DNA of 64,000 nucleotides, from NCBI GenBank assembly GCA_000004985.1, contig GG738886.1; one strand, written 5' to 3'. The notes beneath the pieces are model-generated. The model was not told where the DNA came from. It did not search any database and was given only the letters and a program-made list of their open reading frames with translations. Position 1 is the stretch's first letter. Every line of letters starts with the position of its first letter. Positions 1 through 12,850 of this stretch are shown in pieces. The translations under genes and the position numbers were made by a program. The stretch comes from Naegleria gruberi. Lineage: Eukaryota.

Positions 1-252
1 TTTTACATACAAATGGTTTTAGATGATAGATACCAATTTGGATTTTGGTTGGAGAGTGGTCAAATAGGAGGAAATGAAAACACAATTTTCAATTTACCAT
101 CCTTTAACCAAAAATCTTTGAAAATTGATATGGTGGTGATAATGTGAATACATTAGAGTATAAATAATTAATTGTCAAGTTAAGGTGGAATGAATACTAT
201 GAAAGATTCAAGTGCAATTATCTATTAAAGACGCTTTGTGATAAAAGAAGAA

Positions 253-2404
253 TTAATATTGTGAATGTTTTAATTGTTTAATAAAGCAACAAATATTTAG
301 AATTGGTCCTTCGTGTAAACCTGCGTTTTTCAAGGTAACTTTGAGTGTTTCCTCTTCCACAGCCAAGAGAGATTCACTATTAAAGTCCTTTTCTTCCAAA
401 TATTGTAACAATAGTTTCAAATGATCTTCCCTTAGTTTCAAATGCTTGTTTTGGTGAGCTCGCTTTAAAAAAGTGGCAAGTTCCTTTTCATCCAAATTTG
501 AAAAGTCCACCACTTTATCTTCTTGTGTCTTTTGCTTTTTTGAACTTCCATAAGGTGAAATATGCTTATCTGATAACTCTTGAGACTTATGTTTAGAATC
601 AATACTTAAAAAGGTATTAGTATTTGTTACCCATTCTTGCAACAACATAAAATCTTCGGTCATTTCTAATAAATTCAAACCAGGGATAAGCTCTGGACTC
701 TTGTCTAATTGAAAAAGCAGGAAGTTAGAATTTTGCCTTAACAGCGTATTTACAGACTTTATATTCTTTCCAGAGAGTGCTAATGGCCAAACAGTCAAAA
801 ACAATGCAATACAAGGTGTGCAATGTGCTCTCTTTTTTTTGTTTGACTGGCTGTTGGCAGAGTTTAGGATACGATCAAAGAATATTTTTGCTTGAAGGGT
901 GGGTTCTTTCAAACAAGTAATTTGGACAACCAAGTGGAACTTTACCCATTGATTGTCAAAACCCAAGGCAGAATATGGTAAAATTAAATCTACACATGAA
1001 CTGTCCTCACCTCCATCCCTTGCCATCATTGGTCCTATCACATCAATATCCTCAGGTTGCCCTATGAATGAGGAATAATGTTTCTTGTTCGAATCAATTA
1101 TAATAGATGAGAATTTGTTCTTTTTTGATAATACGTTGGACATGGGCACTGAGGGTTGAGTACTGGTTAAGGAGCATAATTGCAAGCCAAATTTGTACAC
1201 TGTACCCTATGACTGCAACAGTACAACAGTTATTGAAAGTGTCAAGCCACTCCTTAGGGAAATACAAAGTGTTTTCTCTAATGTACCTTAATGTGAAATT
1301 ATCTGGAATTGCTAGTGTAATTGTATCATCTCTTTCCTGATTGATTCTAACCAATCCAGAATGGTTAAAAGGAAGGAGATATTGAATAACTTGATTTGAA
1401 GTACTACCAGTCAAAACACCATTTCCATCCTTTTTCAATCCAAAATCGTTTGGAAATGAAAAAATCATTACTAATTTTTCTAATAGTGCTTCATTTTCAA
1501 ATGATTGTTTTCCGATATTGAGAAGTTGTTCCAACATTTTCTTTTGTTTGGTCTTGTAGATGTAATAAGCACCATCAAGGGTATCTTGTAGCAGTTGTTT
1601 TGTAATAGGTTTTGACTGATTTCTTAATTCTTGTAAGAAGTAGAGTATGTTCTTTGGCGTTCCTGCCACTTCTTCTTCAATCTTGTTTTTAATTTCTTCT
1701 GATTGTTCGATCGTTTGGTTTTGCATTTTCAATTCTTCCCATTTTAATACATTATTCAACACCTTTTTAACTCGTTCTGCAGTAAATGGTGGCAAAGGAG
1801 GACAAGCAATAGATTGAAAATAACTCGTTCCGTTAATTTCGTCATTTCCTAAAGCAGTTGTTCCTGTAAGTATCATCTTTACATTATGCGAGCAAGGCAT
1901 TAAGGAAGAAAGAGTTTTAAAGAACTCTTGATTCATCACTAACTGACATTCGTCTAAATGAAGAAACAGAAATGAATATTTCCCTAATACTTTCTCCACA
2001 GTCAAAGATATCATTAAGAAAGGAGTTTCCAGTCCGTGTGGATTTCTAACCATAATTGATTTGTTTGTTTGGCTAAACTCTGATATACAATCCACAACTG
2101 AACCAAAAAACTGTCGCCACCTAACCTCAGAACGTCCAATGTATCCGGATATACTTGGATGTATTGTTACTTGATAAACATTAGTATAAATTTTTGAAAT
2201 ATTATTGATAATTGTTGTCTTTCCTGTGCCTGTCGGTTCAAAAAGAGTCATTATTTTAGCCTTGTTGTTATTGGGTGGTGGAGACTGTATGAACGATACA
2301 ATACTCTGCTCTACACTAGGGGATGGATCATAGAATGGAATTTCCTCAGCAGCAAGCTTCTTTTGCATATCATTCACTCCATCTTCCTTAAACAAATGTG
2401 CCAT
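253..2404 (-). CDS. P-loop NTPase of unknown family (AAA+/STAND-like); 2 exons join(2404..1206,1162..253)
   Basis: ORFs 1094..2404 and 253..1200 overlap in different frames and are joined by a 43-nt intron (GTACAG...CCAG; + coords 1163..1205). Splicing gives ...CCTVAVIG|TQPSVPMSNVLSKK... Walker A is LFEPTGTGKTTII and Walker B is FLFLHLDECQ. About 700 aa; the family was not recognised. Confidence 0.5.
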
Positions 2405-2704
2405 ATTTTTTATATTGGTTTATTTGCTTCAAAATTGTGGCGGGAAAATACATGGTACTAATTGAAATACAGATCAAACAACATTCTTAATATCTTCCAA
2501 AATAAATAAGGAAAGGTTAAAGACCAGCTTCAAGAGTTTGAAGATTCAACTTTGAAAGAGAAATTGATTCCAATATTTTAGATCATGTTATTGATCAATC
2601 ACAAGTTTCTCTTTCTTATTAGATATTTCAAGATGATGCCAAATCCAATCTTTGGGTTCAACTTTAACTCATTGATTAATTTTACCTGGTATTGTAATAA
2701 AAAA

Positions 2705-3953
2705 ATGAATGATGAATTGAAAGTTAAATGTCAATTAATTGATCTTTATGATGGAGATGGCACTGATCGATCGCAACAATTATTGAAAGGAAAATACAAT
2801 GATGAACGGTTCAATCATAGGAGGGAATTTATGAAGGTTTTTGTTAGGATTAGGCCTCCAAGTGTGCGGGATTTAGAATTACATCAGGGTGTGGCGATCC
2901 AAACAAATGATGATACCAAAATCGAATTAACATATCAGCACACTAATACAACAAGAGTTGGAGGAGTAGAAGGAGAAGGATTAACAGCTTGTGATCAAAA
3001 AGAAGAATTTATTGTGGATCGAGTATTTGACTTCGGACGGAATAATGATAATATTTGGAATTATTTTGGAGAGGAAATGGTTCATCAATGTTTGAAAGGA
3101 TTTAATTATTCTTTAATTTCATAGTGAGTATTTGAAATTCGATAACAAATATGGAATTATTGATGAATATTAGTGGACAAACAGGATCTGGGAAAACTTT
3201 CACCCTTCTTAATAATGAAAATGGTCTTGTTCCACTGTTTGGAGAAAGTATCTTTAGACAATTGGAAGATAAAGGCAATTTTTCACAGCTGGAATATGTT
3301 ATTGAGATGAGTGTTCTTGAAATTTATAATGAATCTTGCTATGACATGTTAAATAACAGTACAATTAAATTGAAAATAAGGTAAATAGGATTGTTGGTCA
3401 TGATTCTAATGTTAGTAGAGAGACAAGGGATGAAGGTGTTCATGTTGAAAATATAACACAACATCAAGTTAATTCAAAAGGGCAAATTGAGGAATTATTA
3501 AAAACAGCTCGTAAAAATTTGATGTTCAAGCAAACGAATATGGGACAAGCATCGTCGAGAGGAACTTTGATTTACTCATTTAGACTCTCACAACTGAACT
3601 CAAATGGACTAGTAAGAAAATCTTTTATTCATTTTGTGGACCTTGCTGGAAGTGAAAGACTAAAGAAGACTAACACCACACTACTTGAAAGAAACAAGTC
3701 CATTAGCACCTTCTCGAAGATTCTCCACGCCTTAGACTGTAGCCAACCTAAGGCATATCACATTCCATATAGAGAATCCAAGTTGACTCGTCTTTTGCAA
3801 GAGAGTTTGGGTGGAAATTGCAGGACAATAATGTTATTCCATGTATCTCCTTCCAATAGCTGCAGCCAAGAATCTCTTTCAACACTAAGAGAAGCAAAAT
3901 CAGCCAAATATGCAATGACCAGGCCAAAAAAACCTCATCACGAAAGCAAGTAA
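2705..3953 (+). CDS. Kinesin motor domain protein; exons approx 2705..3123, 3174..3380, 3416..3953 (start may be 2630)
   Basis: Kinesin signatures: MKVFVRIRP; the P-loop ISYGQTGSGKTFTL is reconstituted across a 50-nt GTGAGT..TAG intron (3124..3173); SSRGT; switch II DLAGSER; IPYRESKLTRLLQESLGGN. A second short intron (3381..3415) joins ...KLKI to SRETRDEGVHVENI. The motor sits at the C-terminal end of a ~420-aa protein. Confidence 0.8.
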
Positions 3954-4147
3954 AAAAATTTTGTTTTGCAAATTCTATTTTTATTTCACTCAAAATTTTA
4001 AGCTGTATGCCTTAATGCAAATTACATGTTTTTCCAAAGCAAAAAAAAAGGAAACAAGTCACAACCCGCTTTTTTTCCTCCCTGTTAAATTACCAGTGCA
4101 TTTGCAGTTAATACTTAATAAGACCAAAAGAAAATTTCACAACTAGC

Positions 4148-5579
4148 ATGAAGATCAACAGCACCTCCTCTATCATCATTAATACTCACATCATGAAACA
4201 ACCAGAAGTTAATTTTGAGGAACAACCAGTTGTTCTTTCCTTGGATGTAACATTTTCAAGCCCATTACTTAAATCAACAATTGACAATCAAAGAAAGCTC
4301 CATGAGAATTGGTGTAAGGAGGCAGATCTATTCAGAAATGCCATTATCACTCCTTTGGAATATTGTGTCAGAGAAGAATCAAGATTTGGAAAACGAAAGC
4401 AAGAATATTCTCCTTATGTAATTAAAGGTCAAGAATTTATTTACATGAAAAAGTTAAAGAATCTTAGTGAGGACATGGAAGAATGCTCCACAACAAACGA
4501 ACGATACGATTCACCAGTGAGAGATGGTGTTGAACAATCCAAAAAGAAGAAACGTTTCTATTGTGAACAAGTTGATAGTTTGGAAGCCATTCCAATTGAA
4601 TTGAGAAACAGCAAAGAGTACATGATGGAACGTGTTAAGAAAAATGGTTTGTATCTTCATTATGCTCATCCTAGATTGCTGTTTGATCAAGAATTGTTAT
4701 TGGAAGCTATACGAAATAACGGAGATGCTTTCAAATATGTTCCATTTACATTTAGAAAAGATGAAGAATTCTTGAAAAGAGCTCTTGAATTGAATGGTGA
4801 TGCTTTTATGTTTCTTCATGGGGAGATGAGAAAGAGGAAAGATTTATTCGATTCTGCCATAATAACAAGTGGAAGAGCATTCGAACATGCAGACAATTCA
4901 ATAAGAACTGGTTATTTCAATGCAGTTCAAGCTGTGTCAAAGTACTGGAGCAATCTTTCACATTAGAGCATCTGTACCTTACTATTCTAATTTAATTAAT
5001 ATTATTCTCAGTTCTAATCAATTACAAGACTCTGAATTGGTTAATTCAAACTTGATCACCGATAGGTATGATGCATTGACATATCTTGACATTTCACACA
5101 AGGCATTTATTATGGCAACAAGAGAATGTAGGAATGATGAGGCAGTAATTATAAAGGCATTGAGAAAGAATTTAATCATTGCCAACTATCTCACTATTGA
5201 ACAATGGAATATTATCATTAACCATCCAATTATCGTGGAAATAGTTCGATTCCCAGCTCTAGAAATGAATCTTGATACAGCAACACTCATTCTTGAAAAT
5301 TCAACGTTGCTTGAGAATGTTAGAGCTCTTGTTAAAAGATATCCATCATTAACAAAAAGTTTAACCAATTTGGAAATGATATTTGATCCTTTCATATTGA
5401 GATATTTACCAAAAAGAGAACAATTTAGAATTCTCTTTGGTAAAGAAGAAAAATTCAAAAGTACTGCACAAGTTACAGACTTTGATATGAACTTGAATTT
5501 GCTGAAAGAGAGATTTGCAAAATCACATCCTGGATTAGTTATTCCTTTCCACAGATTTGGATTAATACAAAAAAAGTAA
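4148..5579 (+). CDS. DUF4116-like repeat protein (tandem ~35-aa repeats AL.YAS...LR.D.E.VL.AV..NG)
   Basis: Two overlapping ORFs (4148..4966 and 4920..5579) in different frames. They are joined either by a putative 25-nt intron (4942..4966, GTACTGG...ATTAG) or by a frameshift. Repeats such as NGLYLHYAHPRLLFDQELLLEAIRNNGDAFKYVP resemble the DUF4116 unit and are paralogous to the genes at 53058..54786 and 60668..62425. Confidence 0.55.
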
Positions 5580-5678
5580 CTTGTTTATCACTTACCTAAA
5601 ATAAAAGCATTGCAAATAAATTACAAAAAAGGGTAGAAAACAAGCAGATATTTAATAAATTAATCTTTAGAATGTAAA

Positions 5679-6776
5679 TTATTCATATCTATCAAACGCA
5701 AGAGTTTTAAGAATGTTAAATTCTTCTTTCATTTCTGGAGTAACCACCATCTTGTCAAAAAATCTTTCCAACACTATTTTGAATTCAGAAATAGAGAGCT
5801 TAAAGTAGGAGCAACATTCGAGTAGATTTTGAATTCTTTGGATTTGTTGGGTTGTGTTGACACTAATAGTTGTTTGGGAGGAGCATATTTCAAGAAGGAT
5901 TTTAGATGCATCTGCAGTTCTATTCAAACCTTGAAGGAGGGGTAAAAAATCCAACAAGTTATCATGAGTTGTCCACAGAGTTGAAATAATAGATGAAATA
6001 TCTTTCTTTGAAATTAGTAATGATTTCAAATAGCTCATAATATTGTGAGACAATTTGAATTTCTCGTTCCAAATATCGAAAAATTCATTATTGACCTTAT
6101 TTGTTTTCACTAATTTGATGTATGTTGTATAGAATTCATTCTTTAAATTCTCCAAATAATTAGTGACTATAAAAGTATTTAACCTGACTAATCTAGTTTT
6201 GTAAATCCTGGTAATATCCAAGCAGGTTTCCAAGGATTTTGAATTAAACGAAGTCTTTCCACGATACATATTTGCATTCCAAATTCTAGATTGGAATAAT
6301 TCTAATGAAAGCTTGATATTATAAAAATGATAATAAAACTTCTTAATCATTTTTTCATCTCTCTCCACAAAGGGTTTCCCATTATTGATCTTGCTCAATA
6401 AATATGGTCCAACATTTTCGAATAGAATCTTAAGGCTCTTCTTTGGATAGTAAATCATTAAAGTTTGTCGTGGTGTGAACTTTGTCAAATTTTCCCAATA
6501 TTCTTCTCCTCTCCTAAAATATTTGTGTCTAACACGAGGTAATGTCTGTCGTTTGCCCTTGAATGTTGGTTGATGACTATAATCATATTCCAATTCGGAA
6601 ATATACTGCTGCATCAATTTGAATCTAATATTGGGACAACAATTAGATACAAAGCCCGGATAACACTTCAGCAAGGCATACAATTCATTCCTATCGAGAA
6701 AATCAAAAATACGACTAAATATCTTTTGTGGTAATTGATTCATTTTTTTCTTGATTTTCTCACAATTTTTGATCAA
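5679..6776 (-). CDS. F-box-like protein, single exon
   Basis: The N-terminus LPQKIFSRIFDFLDRNELYALLKCYPGF matches the F-box consensus (LP.eil..If..L....l). The remaining ~300 aa have no recognised domain. Confidence 0.4.
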   Translation of the reverse strand: MIKNCEKIKKKMNQLPQKIFSRIFDFLDRNELYALLKCYPGFVSNCCPNIRFKLMQQYISELEYDYSHQPTFKGKRQTLPRVRHKYFRRGEEYWENLTKFTPRQTLMIYYPKKSLKILFENVGPYLLSKINNGKPFVERDEKMIKKFYYHFYNIKLSLELFQSRIWNANMYRGKTSFNSKSLETCLDITRIYKTRLVRLNTFIVTNYLENLKNEFYTTYIKLVKTNKVNNEFFDIWNEKFKLSHNIMSYLKSLLISKKDISSIISTLWTTHDNLLDFLPLLQGLNRTADASKILLEICSSQTTISVNTTQQIQRIQNLLECCSYFKLSISEFKIVLERFFDKMVVTPEMKEEFNILKTLAFDRYE

Positions 6777-6970
6777 GAGCTAAATCATTCTCCATTCTGA
6801 AATTGAATGTTTTACAATGAAAATTAAAGTTTGAAATTGTGGTTATTATAATCCTTCTAAGAATCGTGGGTAGAGATTTTCTTTTTCTGCAAGAGTATAA
6901 TAATTAAGCTATAAAAAATCAACTTGTATTAATGTCTATATGTACACAGAGTTGCTTGAAAACAACTCTT

Positions 6971-8515
6971 TCAATAGGCAGTATTTGTTACTACAATTTC
7001 TATATCACTCACATGTCTATTTCTATATGAATTTTCCAATTGTCTAAAGAAGTATTGAATCATTTTGCTATGTTTCTCGGCTATAATCATTACCATATCG
7101 AATATATTAGCACTAGCAATACAGTAAAACTTACTTGCTACAATCAAAGAGAATTCTGAACCACCAGCAATTTTAACATCATCCAGGAAAGAAAACTTGA
7201 AAGGCAGTTCCAACTCTAATTGTCCCTTGTTCTTCTCTGTTTCATAAACTAGAACATTTTTGTAATAAATCCTACTCAAAAAATTTGAATTACATACTAT
7301 GTGATTTGTATCTGAAAAATGTTCTAGTAAATATTGGATAAATTTCTAGATTTACAACATCAGGACTATGTTGGGTAAGTGGTTGAGGAAGGTCAACATA
7401 ACTAAACATCTCACTTTCATTTTTATGCTTTGTTCCTAGTTGACCATTATCATTCCAACCATTAGCAACAACTGCAAAAGGTCCTGGCTTTTCAATCTGT
7501 TGTCCACCAGTTATAACCATGGAATGATATCCTAATTTACAAGCGTATGCTCTCAGTACATTTTGGAAAACATCCAATTTATGATAATATTCATAACTTT
7601 TAGATGCAAAGACTATTACAACAATAAACAACTCTGAAATTGCCAATCGACTTACTTTGATTATTTTCATTTGAACCTGTTACCCAAACTTCTGAATTGT
7701 CAGATAATATCAGAGTAAAATAACGTCCACAGTATAGCTCCTTAATGGTATGTTTCATTTCCTTTTGACATTTTCCATCAACGTGAAAATATGATTGAGC
7801 AAACTGTTCAGTATCTGTAGCACTTTTTGTTCCCTTAACAACGTGTTGATTTCACACAATTTTTGTAAACTTACTGTTTGAAAGAAGGAGGAATAACCAC
7901 AACCATATGCCCATCTCCTGTTCACTGCAAGACAGGTATGATATCTTCCACAGGAAAAGTGAGTAATTTCTCTTTTTATAGGTGTTTCCTCAAAGAAATC
8001 ATCTTCATCCCAAAGAAATTCACAACTTGCCTCTGTAAACTGTCCAACATTAGAATCATTCAATAATTTTCCTTTTTGTTTGAAAATTTTATCACTTCCA
8101 TAATTAAACAACCTATTACACTTTGTAACAATCCAAACATTACCCTCTCCACCATCAATAAACTTGATTTCCAAACGTTTTGATTTAAATTCGGTATGTC
8201 TAATAATTTTCAAAGCATCACCCAAACAATTTAATTCTAATATTATCATCATTATCAGAAAATCATCAAATTACTAAAGATTCTCCTACCTGTAATTGTC
8301 ATATCAGAATGTACAACAAAAAATCCTTGATTAATAGAAGAAACATATAAAATTTGTTCCGATCCAACAAAAACTGAAGCCAAATCCAGCATGTTATGAT
8401 AATCACCTGTTTTGGTGGATTGCAAAATACGATCATCCTCCGATTGCACTCTGAAAGGTGTATTTTGTTTGGTGAGAAGAACAATACGATGATCAGAAGT
8501 TTTGTTTCTTTTCAT
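6971..8515 (-). CDS. RCC1-like repeat (beta-propeller) protein, about 4 exons (8515..8255, 8252..7755, 7670..7290, 7279..6971 approx)
   Basis: Four consecutive minus-strand ORFs separated by gaps of a few nt to about 85 nt, consistent with short introns. RCC1-type motifs: VVANGWNDNGQLG, HFSCGRYHTCLAVNRRWAYGCGYSSF, YVSSINQGFFVVHSDM. Exon junctions were not resolved. Confidence 0.45.
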
Positions 8516-8663
8516 TTTTTTTGATTAAAAACCTAAATTCAGCTTTTTTACAATGAGTATTGAAAGTATTGAAGTATTATTATTGAATATTGAATATATT
8601 TGAAATAATGTACATTTTATTTAGATAAAAAATCAAGTATTTGTGTTCTCTTCAGTTCAGAAA

Positions 8664-10584
8664 TTATTGAATGAAACATTTCTTATTGGCATCATCCAAC
8701 TGGTTTTCTTCACCTTGTTTCACCCCATCATGATCAGTTGTTGCAACTGTGTTTGAAATGGTGTGACGAGGAGAAGGATTGGTTGTGTGGCCTTCGATAC
8801 TGACATTGTTGTTGGCCATCATTTGTGAAATTTCCTTCAAATTGTCCTCAGTTAAGCCAGCAGTGAGAGCTTTGGAATTTGCATAATATTTGGATTGTCT
8901 CTTGTCCTGGGATTGATTTACATTGATACGAAAATAGGGTGTTTCTTGATCTGCTTCTGCAAAACTCTTTTCAACCAGTTGTTTCATCTTTTCATCATCT
9001 TCTGATTCATTGATACTGCTTGTGGTTGATTCATCGTCCATAGATTGATTATTTTCCTTTTGATTAATGGTATGACCGTGAATGTGAGTGCCTGATTCCT
9101 CCTCTAGTTCATAATGATTCATATCATAGTGATGCTTATCCTCTTCACCAATATCCTCTTCATATTCATCGTGTTCACTCTCATTGGAAATTTCACTTTC
9201 TGTGAATTTTTCAAAATAGTCACGATCCTGAACTGTTGGTACGAATTTTGGAACCTCAATAATCCTCTGTTTAAATGCAACATTATAATCCTCTGCCAAA
9301 CTTTCACATGTTTCATGAGCTTCATCCAAAATTCCCTTCGGTGTCACTTGCACAACCTTAGCAAAAATAGTATTAATGACATCAGTGCACAATTCATCAA
9401 TTCCTTCACCTGTTGCAGCACTTACTTCCCTATAAATAATATTCTTTTCTTTTGCCATTTCAATTGCTTCCTCTCTGGAAACATCTCTCTTTGAATCGTT
9501 TGAACCATTGTTTTCCTTTCCTGAATCAGTACTTGATGAGGAAAGTGTTGAATTGTGTCCAAATCGAGTAGATCCATGATACTTTTGAAAATTATCACAC
9601 TTATTTGCAACTAGGAAAATTGGTAAATTAGGATTTCTCTTTCTAATCATTGGCAACCACTTGTTGATTGAATTGAAATAGGAACGTTTACTTCTCACAT
9701 TGAAAACAATAATAACACAATGTGTAAATGTTCCATACATTCTGCAAACTTTCACATATGTTCCAATATCAACAATATTCGAATCATAAATTTGTAATTG
9801 AATGGAATTGTTTGGTTCGTAGGTGTGTTGAATGAGTGATGAAAATTGGGACATTCCCTCCGTACTAATTAACTTTTTAATGTATTCCTTCTTGGGTGAT
9901 TGTCTAGTGAGTAATCTAAACATGACACTTGACTTTCCGACTATTGTGAAAATGTTGATGCTAAATATTATTCGAAAGTATAATGATAAACTTACCCTTC
10001 TTATCTCCCAAAATCATGACTTTAAATTGATAATTATGAATCAAAGGAGAAAAGTAACACGGATTATTATAAAGTGGAATATTAGATTCGTCCAAAGTTT
10101 CGTCCACTTTCTCTTCATTAGTGTCTTGTTGCTCTGAGAGTAATATTTGTTTCATATCCTTTTCAACATCATAATTTCTCTCAATACCTCTCCTCCAACG
10201 CCATCTCGAATATCTCGTCAATAGAAAGTACAATTCTTTCCATTCATACTTCTTCAATGATGGTACTGCAGCAACTGTTGGTGAAGAATTTAATGATGTT
10301 GGTGATGATTTATTCAATAGTGATGGAGATGATGAGAATGTTGCAACTGATGGTGATGATGGTGTGAATTGATGAGGAAGAAATTGAAGTTTTAATTCAC
10401 GTTCCAACAAGAGTTGCCACAAGTTGGAATCCTCCAATGCTTGATTCCACTCCTTTGAGATGGTGTAGCACTGTTTGAGAATGGTTTTTGTATCGAGGAA
10501 GAGCATAATGTTACGAAAGGATAGCAGTGGACCTGTATCGGCTCCTGATGTTATTGGAAAGAATGGAGTAGCGTCTCGAGGCAT
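8664..10584 (-). CDS. F-box + Rab/Ras-like small GTPase fusion protein; join(10584..9996,9940..8664)
   Basis: N-terminal F-box: LSFRNIMLFLDTKTILKQCYTISKEWNQALEDSNLWQ. A 55-nt GTAAGT..TAG intron (9941..9995) reconstitutes the P-loop ILGDKKVGKSS. Switch I is ISTEG, G4 is LVANKCD, and switch II is degenerate (LQIYDSNIVD in place of WDTAGQE). A long acidic/Ser-rich C-terminal tail follows. Confidence 0.65.
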
Positions 10585-10687
10585 TTTGTTAAACTAATTG
10601 GATGTCAACGTTGAAGATAAAAGAAAATTATGATGATGGGTAGTTGAGCCCTTCACAAAATTACATGTCAGATTGGGTTTTTATTGT

Positions 10688-12850
10688 TTACAAAGTTCTC
10701 AATTCAGAGAGTTTTTCAAGGAAAGATTGTGGTGTGAGGATTGAGGTAGATCCAAAGAATACATCCATACTGTGTTCTGACATCAATTCGTAACAACTTC
10801 TTGTTTCGCTGTGTGTCATACCACCAATTACAAAGACGAACATCTTCATACTATTGTCAATCTTGGTACTTGTTGTTGTTGAGATGGTTGTTTCTTCTGG
10901 TTCTGAACCGCCCTTCTTCTTATTCCATGTTGGACCACCAGTCTTTTTAGATCTCAAATCACTTGTTGTAGATTCAGACCTGCTTGATGAGGTCTTTGAA
11001 GAAGAAGCAGTAGAAGCTTTACCTGTATCCTTATTGGAAAGCTTAAAGTTACTTGGTGGATCGTTAATGTATGGATAATTTTCTGTTTCCAATTTACCAG
11101 TCATACATTTTTCAGCAAGTTCCTTAATCTTTGGAGTATATCTGGAGAGTTGATAACCAACTTCCTTATCGCTACCGCCTGACTTTTTGAACGAGTCAAA
11201 GAATTTAGACAACTTGGATGAAAATCCACTCTTTGAGGATTTGATCAAGGCAGCCAAATTATTAATAGTATCAATACGTTCGTCGGTCAATCTGGCCATT
11301 CTACATAACTTGTCCTTCTTGTCATCCATCTTTCCTTGATTGAAAATAACGAACAACATAATTAATCTCATCTTGTTTTCATCATCCACACTGTTGTTTG
11401 AGAGAATAGCTCCAATAGTAGTCATGAGTTCTTTAGTGGTAGCCTTTTGACCTTCTGGAGATTCACCAGTAGCCATATTTTGTTCTTCAATAGCAATCTT
11501 GCTCAAGCTTTGTTCACGGAAAATTGTCAATAAATCCTTGTTGATTTGTTTGTGCATAGAATACATTGAGAGATTCTTTTGGTATTGAGGGAGTTTTCTG
11601 ATCATGTCAGACATTTCAGCAGCTTCCAATTTCTTACCAACTTCCTTCTTTTGAGCATTTGAAATATCTTGATGTTCGTTCAAGAATTGGTCAATTTCCT
11701 TTTGTAATTCTTTACCGAGTTCAGCAAAGTGAACGTGTCTAAATCTTTCCCATACTGGATCATACTGTTCGTCCAATAAAACTCTCTTTGTCTTTTGTTG
11801 TTTGTCTCCACTTGTGAATGAGTAACTGTAGATATTATCCTATAATAATAATAATAAATTATAAAAAATCCAAATGAAATCAATACAGAATAATTTTGAA
11901 TTGTTAGAAAACAAGTACAAAATTAAAACATACCAAAGGTGAAACCTTGACCAAATCATAAGTCATAGCTTGATAGGTAAATTCGTGGAGAAGAGGAGCA
12001 TTAATGTCTTCAGTACGGTCTACAATTAAAACAATGGATTTATCCTTGGTAAGTCCCTTTGACTTGGCAATCAAATCATAGAGTCTACTGGCAGCAGTTT
12101 TAGAAACAACTGAATCGGAAGCATAACGAACATATGGAGCAAATCCAGAGGTCAAGAAGAAGGTATATAATTGGTCGGCAATTTGATTGGCATACTTTTC
12201 CTTTTCACGGTTGTCAACATCCAACATTCTTTGAATATCGTTTTGTTGTTTAAAAGTAAAAATTGGTCTTTCAACTGCAAGGAAATCAATATTGACTTCA
12301 GACAAGGTTTTTACACGAGCGTGAAGTCTAGATCTTGAAATTTCCTCCATTAAACTTTCAGGTAATCCTATTATTATTGTTATTATTAATGTTGTTGTAT
12401 AATAATTAATTTTGTATTCGAGTCCAATCATTCGGCATCACAAATATAATTAATAACAGTATTGTTTGGGCAATAGTGTAAATAACACATTAAAATTAAT
12501 GTATACATACTACTGGTGAAAAGTAGGTGAGCATTTCCGTAAGTTGGTTTGTTTGGAGTATTATAATCTTCAATAACCTTTTCTACAGAACTTTTAGTTG
12601 GGGAAACAAAGTAAATAGCATCCATGGTAGGGAATGGTTGTCTCTTCTTGGACAAACTTTCAATAATTGTAACATTCTTAACCATCAGATCGCTTACTTT
12701 ACAAGCTGAAGAAATGACTTGCATAGCATTATCATCAACAATTAAAACTTTCCATTGGTCCTTTTCTCCAACACCTTCCAATACCTTCAACAAGGAAGCT
12801 TTGACTTTTTCTCTAATATTGAGAGATGTAATGCCCGTTGATCTCGACAT
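10688..12850 (-). CDS. Sec1/Munc18 (SM) family protein; join(12850..12511,12367..11944,11839..10688)
   Basis: N-terminus WKVLIVDDNAMQVISSACKVSDLMVKNVTIIESL...MDAIYFVSPT; LLHEFTYQAMTYDLV; C-terminus MFVFVIGGMTHSETRSCYEL...GSTSILTP. Two GTATGT..AG introns (143 and 104 nt). About 638 aa. The SM subfamily (Sly1/Vps45/Vps33/Munc18) was not resolved. Confidence 0.75.

Noticed and set aside
1107-1340. Short ORFs antisense to or nested in long genes (e.g. 1107..1340, 3748..3993, 9114..9494, 10854..11078, 23109..23315, 28127..28462, 30120..30416, 32452..32829, 43574..43819, 45670..46005, 46206..46529, 60777..61079)
   Set aside because: All lie entirely inside much longer ORFs on the other strand or in another frame that carry clear domain signatures. 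They are low-complexity or lack plausible starts, so they are treated as chance ORFs.
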